From the NCBI GenBank assembly GCA_017547125.1, contig JAFYQL010000173.1, forward strand, positions 1 to 25,202: a stretch of 25,202 nt of DNA. The letters run 5' to 3'. Both the position numbers and the translations under genes were made by a program. Under the pieces are notes generated by a model. That model ran no database searches. It was given only the letters and a program-made list of their open reading frames with translations, and was not told the origin of the DNA. This DNA comes from Bacillota bacterium (GTDB taxonomy: Bacteria > Bacillota > Clostridia > Lachnospirales > Anaerotignaceae). Below, piece after piece: positions 1 through 11,400 of the stretch (positions are counted from its first letter, which is position 1; each line of letters begins with the position of its first letter).

Positions 1-120
1 ATGCATGGCTTAAAGCTTGCTGATGTTAACATCAACAGAAAGATGCTTGCTGAACTCGCAGTAAACGATATGGCAGCATTCACAAAGCTTGCTGAAACAG
101 CAAAGGCTAAATTAAACTAA
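1..120 (+). CDS. rplT: 50S ribosomal protein L20, 3' end (5' truncated by window)
   Basis: Frame 1 reads [39 protein letters not shown], the typical L20 C-terminus (NRKMLAxLAV). Not in the ORF track. Confidence 0.95.
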   Translation: MHGLKLADVNINRKMLAELAVNDMAAFTKLAETAKAKLN

Positions 121-162
121 TTTGTTCATTTAAACAGTTTTATTGATTAGGAGGAAATAACC

Positions 163-426
163 GTGGCAAATATCAAATCTGCTAAAAAAAGAGTTAAAGT
201 TATAGCTAAGAAAACACTTCTTAACAAAATGGTAAAATCAAGCACAAAGACAGCTATGAAGAAAGTAGTAGTAGCAGTTGAAGCTGGTAACAAAGAAGCA
301 GCTCAGGTTGCACTTAAAGGTGCTATCTCAGCTATCGACGGAGCATACGCTAAAGGCATTTTCCACAAAAATGCAGCAGCTAGAAAGAAATCAAGCCTTA
401 CAAAGATGGTAAACAACATCCAGTAA
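163..426 (+). CDS. rpsT: 30S ribosomal protein S20
   Basis: MANIKSAKKR N-terminus and HKNAAARKKS motif; AGGAGG SD at 149-154 before the GTG. Confidence 0.97.
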   Translation: MANIKSAKKRVKVIAKKTLLNKMVKSSTKTAMKKVVVAVEAGNKEAAQVALKGAISAIDGAYAKGIFHKNAAARKKSSLTKMVNNIQ

Positions 427-442
427 GTTTAACTTAAAACTT

Positions 443-480
443 AAAGACCTTTCACATTGGTGAAGGGTCTTTTTTATTTT
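443..480 (+). terminator. Intrinsic terminator after rpsT
   Basis: AAAGACCTTTCAC-attg-GTGAAGGGTCTTT hairpin followed by a T-run. Confidence 0.85.
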
Positions 481-494
481 CATATTCTGCACAC

Positions 495-529
495 AAAAAA
501 AGACGAAACCAACCGTTTCGTCTTTTTTT
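495..529. terminator. Bidirectional intrinsic terminator, ends the minus-strand lipoprotein gene
   Basis: Perfect inverted repeat AAAAAAAGACGAAAC-caacc-GTTTCGTCTTTTTTT, 3 nt beyond the stop at 533. Confidence 0.85.
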
Positions 530-532
530 ATA

Positions 533-1018
533 TCAATATATAACTTCGCCCGGAACAAGTATAAGGTCTGCGCCGTCTGTGATTTTAACACCTTTGAATG
601 TTTCTTCTGTTTCATCGTCAAATGTTATGTTTATTTCCCAGTCGGTATCATCAGGAAGGTTTGATGATGTAAGTGTTACAGGAATCATATATCCGCTTGC
701 CCATATTTTTTCAAGAGGTATAACAGACCACTGACTGTTTTCTTCAGGTTTTATCTGGAGGGCCACTATGTCCTGGCCTATGTCGTTGCCTATGCTAAAT
801 GAGATTCTTTCTTCAACAGCTTCTTCCTCTATTTCCTCTTTTAATTCTTCTTTTTCAACCTTTGGCTCTTCTTTTACTTCTTTCTGCTCTTCAATCTCTT
901 CGGAAACAGAAACAGAAGGCTCTGTGTTATCTTTTTTGCATGCGGAAAAACTAAGCACCATAAATGTGGCTATTATCGCTACAAGTATTATTAAAATACG
1001 TTTTAAACCTTTTTTCAT
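533..1018 (-). CDS. Uncharacterised lipoprotein (signal peptide II, Glu/Lys-rich linker, ~90 aa C-terminal domain)
   Basis: MKKGLKR + hydrophobic stretch + lipobox-like FSAC. ATG at 1018 preferred over GTG at 1027 because of the AAAGGTG SD spacing. Confidence 0.75.
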   Translation of the reverse strand: MKKGLKRILIILVAIIATFMVLSFSACKKDNTEPSVSVSEEIEEQKEVKEEPKVEKEELKEEIEEEAVEERISFSIGNDIGQDIVALQIKPEENSQWSVIPLEKIWASGYMIPVTLTSSNLPDDTDWEINITFDDETEETFKGVKITDGADLILVPGEVIY

Positions 1019-1055
1019 ACAAATCACACCTTTCGCGTGGATATTTTATACTCTA

Positions 1056-1084
1056 ATTTTAATCTTTAGCGGCTCAAAAATCAA
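1056..1084 (-). promoter_or_regulatory. Putative sigma-A promoter of the lipoprotein gene
   Basis: Minus strand TTGATT-N17-TAAAAT; AT-rich region, so a chance match is possible. Confidence 0.5.
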
Positions 1085-1253
1085 TAATTTTAAGATAACT
1101 GAAAGAATTGTATAGTGACAAAAGTCGCAAAAAACTGCAATTTTTTTGTTATATGGGGCGGTTTTTCTTGACACAAAAGAAAATTAGTAAAACTAACTAA
1201 AAATCCGTTAAAAAATAAAAAAAATGGAAGAAATTATAATTAAAGTTGGCGAA

Positions 1254-1282
1254 TTGAATGATTTAGTATTTTAATGTATGAT
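1254..1282 (+). promoter_or_regulatory. Putative sigma-A promoter of the atp operon
   Basis: TTGAAT (1254-1259)-N17-TATGAT (1277-1282), ~80 nt upstream of atpB. Confidence 0.6.
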
Positions 1283-1363
1283 ATAAGATGTAGAAGAATA
1301 CAAACGCACGAGATTTGCGGAAAAACGTGCAAAAAAAGTATATGAAATAAGGAGGGGAAAGGA

Positions 1364-2059
1364 ATGGTAGAAAAATTTTCGCATGAACTGTTAGAAATGC
1401 TGACATGCGAAACCGTATTTACTGTTGGAAACATTGCTGTTTCTGAATCCACTGTTGTAACCTGGATTATTATGGCTATTATGGTGCTGATAGCTATTTT
1501 GGTTACAAGAGATCTCAAAGTGGAAAATCCAAGCAGACGACAGGTGATTGTTGAACAGGCTGTTGTTTCTTTACAGGGTATTGTAAGAAGCGGTCTTGGA
1601 AAATCAGGAGAAAGATACACATACTATATGGCAACTGTTCTTCTGTATCTTGGTCTTGCAAATACCATTGGTCTTTTTGGTATGAAACCACCTACAAAAG
1701 ACCTTAATGTAACAGTAGGCTTATCAATAATGAGTATCTGCTTAATCGAGTTTGCCGGTGTTCGTGCCAAAGGGCTTAAAAAATGGGCAAAGGGCTTTAT
1801 GGAACCGGTAGCCGTTGTAGCACCTATCAATGTTCTTGAAATTTTCATTAAACCGGTTTCATTATGTATGCGACTTTTTGGTAACATTCTTGGTGCTTTT
1901 ACCGTTATGGAAATGGTAAAAATAGTAATGCCGGCAGTTGTTCCGGTAGCATTTGGTCTTTATTTTGATATTTTCGATGGTTTGTTACAGGCGTACATTT
2001 TCGTATTCTTAACATCATTGTTTATCGGAGAAGCAACAGAAACAGAAGAGGAAGAATAA
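1364..2059 (+). CDS. atpB: F0F1 ATP synthase subunit a
   Basis: PPTKDLNVT, SLCMRLFGNI (conserved Arg) and LQAYIFVFLT motifs; AAGGAGG SD. Confidence 0.96.
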   Translation: MVEKFSHELLEMLTCETVFTVGNIAVSESTVVTWIIMAIMVLIAILVTRDLKVENPSRRQVIVEQAVVSLQGIVRSGLGKSGERYTYYMATVLLYLGLANTIGLFGMKPPTKDLNVTVGLSIMSICLIEFAGVRAKGLKKWAKGFMEPVAVVAPINVLEIFIKPVSLCMRLFGNILGAFTVMEMVKIVMPAVVPVAFGLYFDIFDGLLQAYIFVFLTSLFIGEATETEEEE

Positions 2060-2082
2060 TAGTATAAAGGAGATTAAAAATT

Positions 2083-2310
2083 ATGAGTAGTTATCTTTTA
2101 GGTTTTGGCGCGGCGATCGCAGTTTTCACAGGTATTGGTGCAGGTATTGGTATTGCTATGGCAACAAGCAAAGCAGTTGAATCAGTAGCAAGACAGCCTG
2201 AAGCAGATGGTAAAATCACAAAACTTTTACTTCTTGGTGCAGCTCTTGCAGAAGCAACAGCTATCTATGGTTTCGTTATCGCTGTATTAATTATCTTATT
2301 ATTAAAATAA
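2083..2310 (+). CDS. atpE: F0F1 ATP synthase subunit c
   Basis: GxGxGxG helix, ARQPEA loop, ALAEATAIY with the ion-binding Glu. Confidence 0.97.
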   Translation: MSSYLLGFGAAIAVFTGIGAGIGIAMATSKAVESVARQPEADGKITKLLLLGAALAEATAIYGFVIAVLIILLLK

Positions 2311-2322
2311 TCGGAGGTAAAT

Positions 2323-2808
2323 ATGCTTAGATTAGACATTAATCTGGTGTTTACCATTCTTAACGTTTTGATACTCTACTTCCTTATGAAGAAGTTTTTG
2401 TTCAAACCTGTTAATGGTGTTATCGCCAAAAGAGAAGAAGAAATTCAGAAAAAACTTTCAGAGGCAGAAGTGGCAAAACAGCAGGCTGCAAGAGTAAATG
2501 AAGAATGTGCAGCAGCGGTTGAAAGCGCAAAAGAAGAAGCTGAAGCCATTATTGCTGAAGCAAAAAATAAAGGCAGAATGGAATACGAACGTATTTTAAG
2601 CACTGCAAATGAAGATGCTGCAAAGAGAATGCAGAAGGCAGAAGAAATGATTGCTGAAGAAAAAGAAAAATCTTTACGCAATATGGAAAAAGAAATCGAA
2701 GCTCTTGTTATGACAGCGGCTGCAAAGGTTGTTGGCGAAAATGTTTCAGTTGAAAGCAACAAGAGTTTTTATGATGAATTTATTGCAGAAATGGGTGAAG
2801 ACAAGTGA
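2323..2808 (+). CDS. atpF: F0F1 ATP synthase subunit b
   Basis: N-terminal TM helix followed by FLFKPV and a long charged Ala/Glu/Lys helical region; GGAGG SD. Confidence 0.93.
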   Translation: MLRLDINLVFTILNVLILYFLMKKFLFKPVNGVIAKREEEIQKKLSEAEVAKQQAARVNEECAAAVESAKEEAEAIIAEAKNKGRMEYERILSTANEDAAKRMQKAEEMIAEEKEKSLRNMEKEIEALVMTAAAKVVGENVSVESNKSFYDEFIAEMGEDK

Positions 2809-4652
2809 TACAGTCAGCAAATGATAATGCAAAGGTAATGGAGCAGCTGTCAGTATCCGATTTACTCCCACAGTTAGAAGAAGCATTACGTGCAAAAAGT
2901 AAGCTTTCAGATTTAAAAGTGGAGATTATCTGCGTTGTTCCTCCTGATGAAGAACAGCTTGAAAAAATAAAAGCTTTTATAAAGAAAAAATATGAAACAG
3001 ACAATTTTGAAGTTGTTGTCAAGGAAGACAAGAGCCTTGTCGGCGGCTTTGTAATCCGTATTGGCAACGAAGAATATGACTGGAGTATGAAGGGCAGACT
3101 TCAGAAAATTCAGCAGAACATGGTTGACAGAGCCCAGACAAAAAATGCTGAAGAAACTGAAGGAATTATCTCAATACTTAAAACAGAAATTGAAGAATCT
3201 GTTTTTGATACAAGCAAAAAAGAAGTTGGTTTTGTTACATACGTTGGTGACGGTATTGCTACAATCCAGGGTATTGAACACGCAATGTACGGCGAAATCA
3301 TCATCTTTGATACAGGCGTAAGAGGCATGGTACAGGATATCAGAAGAAACGAAATTGGTGTTATCCTTTTTGGCCGTGACGCAGGCATCAAAGAAGGCAC
3401 AAGAGTTATCAGAACAGAAAAAATGGCAGGTGTGCCTGTAGGCGAAGAATTCCTTGGAAGAGTTGTTAATGCACTTGGTGACCCTATTGACGGCAAGGGT
3501 GCAGTTACAGCTTTTGGTTACAGACCTATCGAAAACAGAGCCCCTGGTATTATTGACAGAAAAGCAGTTACTGTTCCTATGGAAACAGGTATTATAGCCA
3601 TTGACTCAATGTTCCCTATCGGCCGAGGCCAGAGAGAACTTATCATTGGTAACCGTCAGACAGGTAAAACAAGTATCGCTATGGAAGCTATCTTAAACCA
3701 GAAGGGCAAAGGCGTAATCTGTGTTTATGTAGCTATTGGTCAGAAAGCATCAAGTGTTGCAAAACAGGTTCGTATGCTTGAAGAAAACGGCGCACTTGAC
3801 TACACAATTGTTGTATCTGCTCTTGCAAGTGATACTGCATCACTTCAGTACATTGCTCCTTATGCAGGTACATCAATGGCAGAATACTTTATGTATCAGG
3901 GCAAGGACGTTCTTATTGTTTATGACGACCTTTCAAAGCATGCGGTTGCATACAGGGCCCTTTCACTCTTGCTTGAACGTTCTCCGGGACGTGAAGCTTA
4001 TCCTGGTGACGTATTCTACCTTCACTCAAGACTTCTTGAAAGAAGTGCAAGACTTGCTCCTGAGGCGGGCGGAGGCTCAATCACAGCCCTTCCTATTATC
4101 GAAACTCAGGCAAGTGACGTATCAGCATATATCCCTACAAACGTAATTTCTATTACAGACGGTCAGATATATCTTGAAAGCTCATTGTTCTTTGCAGGCC
4201 AGAGACCTGCTGTAAACGTAGGTTTATCAGTATCACGAGTTGGTGGTAATGCACAGACAAAGGCAATGAAAAAAGCAGCCGGAAGTATCCGTATTGACCT
4301 TGCTCAGTACAGAGAAATGGAAATTTTCACACAGTTCAGTTCTGAACTTGATGATGCAACAAAAGAACAGTTGGTTTATGGCCAGGGCCTTATGGAATTA
4401 TTAAAACAGCCTTTGGCAAGACCACTTTCACTTGCTGAACAGGTAATTACACTTTGCGCAGCAAACAAGAAATTGTTCCTTGATGTTCCAAAGAACAAAA
4501 TCAAACCTTTCCAGATGTATATGCTGGAATATGTTAAAGAAAACTATAGCGAAATCATTCGTGAACTGCAGGAAGAAAAGGTTCTTACAGAAGACCTTAC
4601 AGAAAATATCATCAAAGCAGTTGAGGATGCAAAGAAATGTTATCTGAAATAA
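2805..4652 (+). CDS. atpA: F0F1 ATP synthase subunit alpha with N-terminally fused delta (OSCP) C-terminal domain
   Basis: aa ~37-104 match the delta CTD (EDKSLVGGFVIRIGNEEYDWSMKGRL). From aa ~117 it is alpha (VGDGIA, PIGRGQRELIIG, PGREAYPGDVFYLHSRLLER). GTG overlaps the atpF stop (GTGA); one uninterrupted 615 aa frame. Confidence 0.93.
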   Translation: MIQSANDNAKVMEQLSVSDLLPQLEEALRAKSKLSDLKVEIICVVPPDEEQLEKIKAFIKKKYETDNFEVVVKEDKSLVGGFVIRIGNEEYDWSMKGRLQKIQQNMVDRAQTKNAEETEGIISILKTEIEESVFDTSKKEVGFVTYVGDGIATIQGIEHAMYGEIIIFDTGVRGMVQDIRRNEIGVILFGRDAGIKEGTRVIRTEKMAGVPVGEEFLGRVVNALGDPIDGKGAVTAFGYRPIENRAPGIIDRKAVTVPMETGIIAIDSMFPIGRGQRELIIGNRQTGKTSIAMEAILNQKGKGVICVYVAIGQKASSVAKQVRMLEENGALDYTIVVSALASDTASLQYIAPYAGTSMAEYFMYQGKDVLIVYDDLSKHAVAYRALSLLLERSPGREAYPGDVFYLHSRLLERSARLAPEAGGGSITALPIIETQASDVSAYIPTNVISITDGQIYLESSLFFAGQRPAVNVGLSVSRVGGNAQTKAMKKAAGSIRIDLAQYREMEIFTQFSSELDDATKEQLVYGQGLMELLKQPLARPLSLAEQVITLCAANKKLFLDVPKNKIKPFQMYMLEYVKENYSEIIRELQEEKVLTEDLTENIIKAVEDAKKCYLK

Positions 4653-4675
4653 CAGGTGACAGAAAGGTATAAGTT

Positions 4676-6944
<2,269 letters not shown>

Positions 6945-6950
6945 TGCCGT

Positions 6951-7364
6951 ATGAGTACGTTTGAACTGAGCGTAATTGCAACAAACCGCACTTTTTATAA
7001 GGGAATTTGCAGGCAGGTAGTGGTTTCTTCTACCGATGGTTTATTGGGTATTATGGCAAACCATGAACGTGCTGTTGTGGCTATTGTTGAAGGTGAAACT
7101 CGTATTCAGCTGGAAGATGGAGAATGGATTACTGCAGTTACAGGCATTGGATATGTGCAGATTCAGGACAACAAAGTGCTTATAATAGTGGACTTTGCAG
7201 AAAAACCTGAAGAAGTTGACGAAAGAATGGCACAGCAGGCTTTGGAAGAAGCGCAGGAAGAAATGCGACAGAAGCAAAGTCTTATGGAATTTCATATTTC
7301 ACAGGCCAAAATGGCACGAGCTATGGCTAGACTTTCAGTTAAGAAAAAGTATAGCGGTTTTTAA
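6951..7364 (+). CDS. atpC: F0F1 ATP synthase subunit epsilon
   Basis: GLLGIMANH beta-sandwich motif, C-terminal helical hairpin (ARAMARL), last gene of the operon. Confidence 0.95.
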   Translation: MSTFELSVIATNRTFYKGICRQVVVSSTDGLLGIMANHERAVVAIVEGETRIQLEDGEWITAVTGIGYVQIQDNKVLIIVDFAEKPEEVDERMAQQALEEAQEEMRQKQSLMEFHISQAKMARAMARLSVKKKYSGF

Positions 7365-7387
7365 TAGTGTTGATAAAATACTATATA

Positions 7388-7426
7388 AACAAAAAGACGA
7401 TGTTGAAGGCATCGTCTTTTTTGTTT
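7388..7426 (+). terminator. Intrinsic terminator of the atp operon
   Basis: AAACAAAAAGACGATG-ttgaagg-CATCGTCTTTTTTGTTT. Confidence 0.88.
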
Positions 7427-7447
7427 GCAAAATAAGCTGAAAATGTG

Positions 7448-7476
7448 GTAAAGCGACATGCCATGCAGGAATAGTA
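7448..7476 (+). promoter_or_regulatory. Possible sporulation sigma (SigF/SigG-like) promoter
   Basis: GTAAA-N15-GGAATAGTA resembles the GnATA-N15-GGnAnAmTA type consensus; imperfect match. Confidence 0.3.
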
Positions 7477-7497
7477 TATCTTGGAGGTGTTTTGTAT

Positions 7498-8253
7498 ATG
7501 AGGATACATAAAAAACTGCCTGTTATTATTTCTGTGGCTGCGGTGCTTCTTATGGGTGCTGCAAAGCCTGCGGCAATGAAGGTTTTTTCTTCCTTTGCAG
7601 AGGCGGAAAGGAAACTGCCGATTTACTGCGTGGAAACGGAAGAAAAGAATGTTGCCATAAGTTTTGATGCTGCGTGGGGTGCAGATGATACCGATGAGCT
7701 TTTGAAAATACTGAGAGAAAATGATGTGAAGACTACGTTTTTTATGTGTGGATACTGGGTGGATGACTATCCCGAAGAGGTAAAGAAAATAGCCGAAGAA
7801 GGTCACGATTTGGGCAATCATTCGGCAACACATCCGCATATGAGTCAGCTGAGCAAACAACAGATAAAAGACGAACTTATGAAGACGGAAGAAAAGGTTT
7901 TTAATCTTACAGGATATGATATGGATTTGTTCAGACCGCCCTTTGGAGAATACAACAACAATGTTATTGAGGCGGCAGAAGAATGCGGGTACTATACTGT
8001 GCAGTGGGATGTTGATAGCCTTGACTGGAAAAAGCTTGGAGTGGAGCACGAAATAAACCAGGTGCTTAATCATAAGCATCTTGGAAACGGCTCAATTATA
8101 CTTTTCCATAATGATGCGGAGTATACACCGCAGGCGCTTGATACCATAATAAAAGGCTTGAAAGAAAAAGGCTTTGAAATAGTGCCGATAAGTGAACTTA
8201 TCATACGGGAAAACTATTGTATAGACCACGAAGGAAGGCAGAAAAGCAACTGA
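7498..8253 (+). CDS. pdaB: Polysaccharide deacetylase, sporulation PdaB-like (CE4/NodB domain)
   Basis: N-terminal TM/signal; ISFDAAWG, TFFMCGYW, GNHSATHPHM, FRPPFGEYN, WDVDSLDW and GSIILFHND motifs; GGAGGT SD 9 nt before ATG 7498. The pdaB symbol is tentative. Confidence 0.85.
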   Translation: MRIHKKLPVIISVAAVLLMGAAKPAAMKVFSSFAEAERKLPIYCVETEEKNVAISFDAAWGADDTDELLKILRENDVKTTFFMCGYWVDDYPEEVKKIAEEGHDLGNHSATHPHMSQLSKQQIKDELMKTEEKVFNLTGYDMDLFRPPFGEYNNNVIEAAEECGYYTVQWDVDSLDWKKLGVEHEINQVLNHKHLGNGSIILFHNDAEYTPQALDTIIKGLKEKGFEIVPISELIIRENYCIDHEGRQKSN

Positions 8254-8264
8254 AAAAGAGACTT

Positions 8265-8300
8265 AAAAGCCCTTGAAGTGAGACTTCAGGGGTTTTGATT
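8265..8300 (+). terminator. Intrinsic terminator after the deacetylase
   Basis: AAAAGCCCTTGAAGT-gag-ACTTCAGGGGTTTT with GU pairs and T-rich tail. Confidence 0.7.
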
Positions 8301-8387
8301 TTACATAAAAAGTAAGTTATATACTAGCGAAAAGAAAATATGGTAATTTTGTAACTTTTCAACTGACTTTTTTGGATACTATGCGCA

Positions 8388-8416
8388 TTGAAGAAAAACG
8401 CACAATATACTATAAT
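8388..8416 (+). promoter_or_regulatory. Sigma-A promoter of PFOR-1
   Basis: TTGAAG (8388-8393)-N17-TATAAT (8411-8416). Confidence 0.8.
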
Positions 8417-8461
8417 ATTATTCTGGGTGAAATAGAAATAAACAATAAAGGAGAATGTAAT

Positions 8462-11400
8462 ATGTCTAAAATTATGAAAACAATGGACGGTAACGAAGCA
8501 GCTGCATACGCATCCTACGCGTTTACAGAAGTTGCTGGTATTTTCCCAATTACACCATCATCACCAATGGCTGAAAAGACAGATGATTGGGCCGCAAACG
8601 GCAAAAAGAACATCTTTGGACAGCCTGTAAAAGTTATTGAAATGCAGTCAGAAGCAGGTGCTGCAGGTACAGTACACGGCTCACTTGCATCAGGTGCACT
8701 CACAACTACATATACAGCAAGCCAGGGTCTTCTTCTTATGATCCCTAACATGTACAAAATCGCCGGAGAACTTCTTCCAAGCGTATTCCACGTAAGTGCC
8801 AGAGCACTTGCATCACACGCTCTTTCAATCTTCGGTGACCACAGTGACGTTATGGCTTGCCGTCAGACAGGTTTTGCACTTCTTGCATCAGCATCTGTTC
8901 AGGAAGTTATGGACCTTGGTGCAGTAGCACACTTAAGCACAATCAAAGGCAGAGTTCCTTTCCTTCATTTCTTCGATGGTTTCAGAACATCACACGAAAT
9001 TCAGAAAATCGAATGCCTTGACTTCGATGATCTTGCAAATATGGTAGATATGGATGCAGTTAACTCATTCAAGAGAAATGCGCTTAACCCAGAACACCCT
9101 GTTCTCAGAGGTTCAGCTCAGAACCCTGACATCTTCTTCCAGGCAAGAGAAAGCTGCAACAGATACTACGAAGATATCGTAGGTGTTTGCGAAGACTACA
9201 TGAAACAGATGAGCGCCCTCACAGGCAGAGACTATCAGCTTTTCAACTACTATGGTGCACCAGATGCTGAAAGAGTAGTTGTTGCTATGGGTTCAGTTTG
9301 TGAAGCTCTTGAAGAAACAATTGATTACCTTTGCGCTAAAGGTGAAAAAGTTGGTATGGTTAAAGTTCACCTTTACAGACCATTCTCAGCTAAACACCTT
9401 ATTAACGCAATTCCTGAAACATGCCAGAAGATTGCAGTTCTCGACAGAACAAAAGAACCTGGCGCACTTGGCGAACCACTTTACCAGGATGTATGTACAG
9501 CTATGTTTGAAGCTAAAGTACAGCCTATGGTAATCGGCGGCCGTTATGGTCTTGGTTCAAAAGACGTAACACCAGCACAGCTTATCGCTGTTTACGAAAA
9601 CCTTAAAGCAGACAAGCCTCTTAACCACTTCACAATCGGTATCGTTGACGACGTTACAAAGCTTTCACTCGAAGTTGGCAAAGAAGTTAATGTTACAGAA
9701 GGTGACGGCACAATCAGCTGCAAGTTCTGGGGTCTTGGCTCAGACGGTACAGTAGGTGCTAACAAAAACTCAATCAAAATCATCGGTGACCACACAGATA
9801 TGTATGCTCAGGCTTACTTCGCTTATGACTCAAAGAAATCAGGCGGTGTAACAATGAGTAACCTTCGTTTTGGTAAAAAACCAATCCGTTCAACATACGT
9901 TGTTAAAACAGCAAACTTTGTTGCTTGTCACAAACAGGAATATGTTAACCTTTATGACATGCATTCAGAACTTCTTCCAGGCGGTACATTCCTTCTTAAC
10001 ACAGAATGGACAGCAGAAGAACTTGATGCTAAACTTCCTGCAGCAATGAAGAAATACTTTGCAGAAAACGACATTAAGTTATACATCATCAACGGTACTC
10101 AGATTGCTAAAGAAATTGGTCTTGGCAACAGAGTTAACTCAGTACTTCAGGCTGCATTCTTCAAGCTTACAGGTATCATTCCTATTGAAGAAGCTGTTGG
10201 CTACATGAAGGCTGCTATCAAGAAGAGCTACGGCAAGAAGGGTGACACAATCCTTAACATGAACTATGCTGCTGTTGACCAGGGTGTTGACAAGGCTGTT
10301 CAGGTTGAAATTCCTGCTGCTTGGGCAAATGCTGAAGATACAGCAGTTGCTGAAGAAAGAGAAGTTCCTGAATTTGTTAAGGCAGTAGTTCAGCCTATGA
10401 ATGCTCAGAAGGGTGACTTACTTCCTGTTAGTGCATTTGCCGGCAGAGAAGATGGTACATTCCCAGCAGGTACAGCTGCTTACGAAAAGAGAGGCGTTGC
10501 TGTTGACCTTCCTGAATGGGATGTTACAAAGTGTATTCAGTGTAACCAGTGTGCATATGTATGTCCACACGCTGCTATCAGACCATTCCTTCTTACAGAA
10601 GAAGAAGTTGTAGCAGCTCCAGAAAGCTTTGCAACAAAGAAAGCAATCGGCAAAGGTCTTGAAGCATACCAGTACAGAATGCAGGTATCAGCTTTAGACT
10701 GTCTTGGTTGCGGCAGCTGTGCAGTAGTATGTCCATCAAAAGAAAAAGCACTTGTTATGAAACCAGCAGCTACACAGGAAAACGAAGCAGCTAACTGGGA
10801 TTATGCAATGACACTTTCAGTTAAAGAAAATGTTATGGCTAAAGACAGCGTTAAGGGCAGCCAGTTTGTACAGCCACTTCTTGAATTCTCAGGCGCATGT
10901 GCAGGCTGTGGCGAAACACCATACGCTAAACTTATCACTCAGCTTTTCGGTGACAGAATGTATGTTGCAAATGCTACAGGTTGTTCATCAATCTGGGGCG
11001 GCAGCGCACCTTCAACACCATATACAGTAAACCACAAGGGTCACGGTCCGGCTTGGGCTAACTCACTTTTCGAAGACAACGCAGAATACGGCTTTGGTAT
11101 GGCTATGGGCGTTAAGAAAATGAGAGAAGACCTTAAGGTTAGACTTGAAGAACTTAAAGAAATCCAGGGCTGCAGCATGATGGCTGAAACAGTTGACGCT
11201 TGGATTGACACAATGAAAGACGGTGAAGCTAATAAGTCTGCTACTGCTGACCTTATTACACTTCTTGAAAACTATAACGGCGAAAACGCAGAAGCAAAAG
11301 CAATCGTTGACTATGTTCTTGAAAACAAAGACCAGCTTGCTAAGAAGAGCCAGTGGATCTTTGGCGGTGACGGTTGGGCATATGACATCGGTTACGGCGG

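Noticed and set aside
8347-8365. Possible Rex operator upstream of PFOR-1 (TTTGTAACTTTTCAACTG)
   Set aside because: Only about 9 of 14 positions match TTGTTAA-N4-TTAACAA, and it is not palindromic.
8372-8461. 30 aa N-terminal extension of PFOR-1 in the ORF track
   Set aside because: It spans the promoter (8388-8416); the SD and family N-terminus point to ATG 8462.
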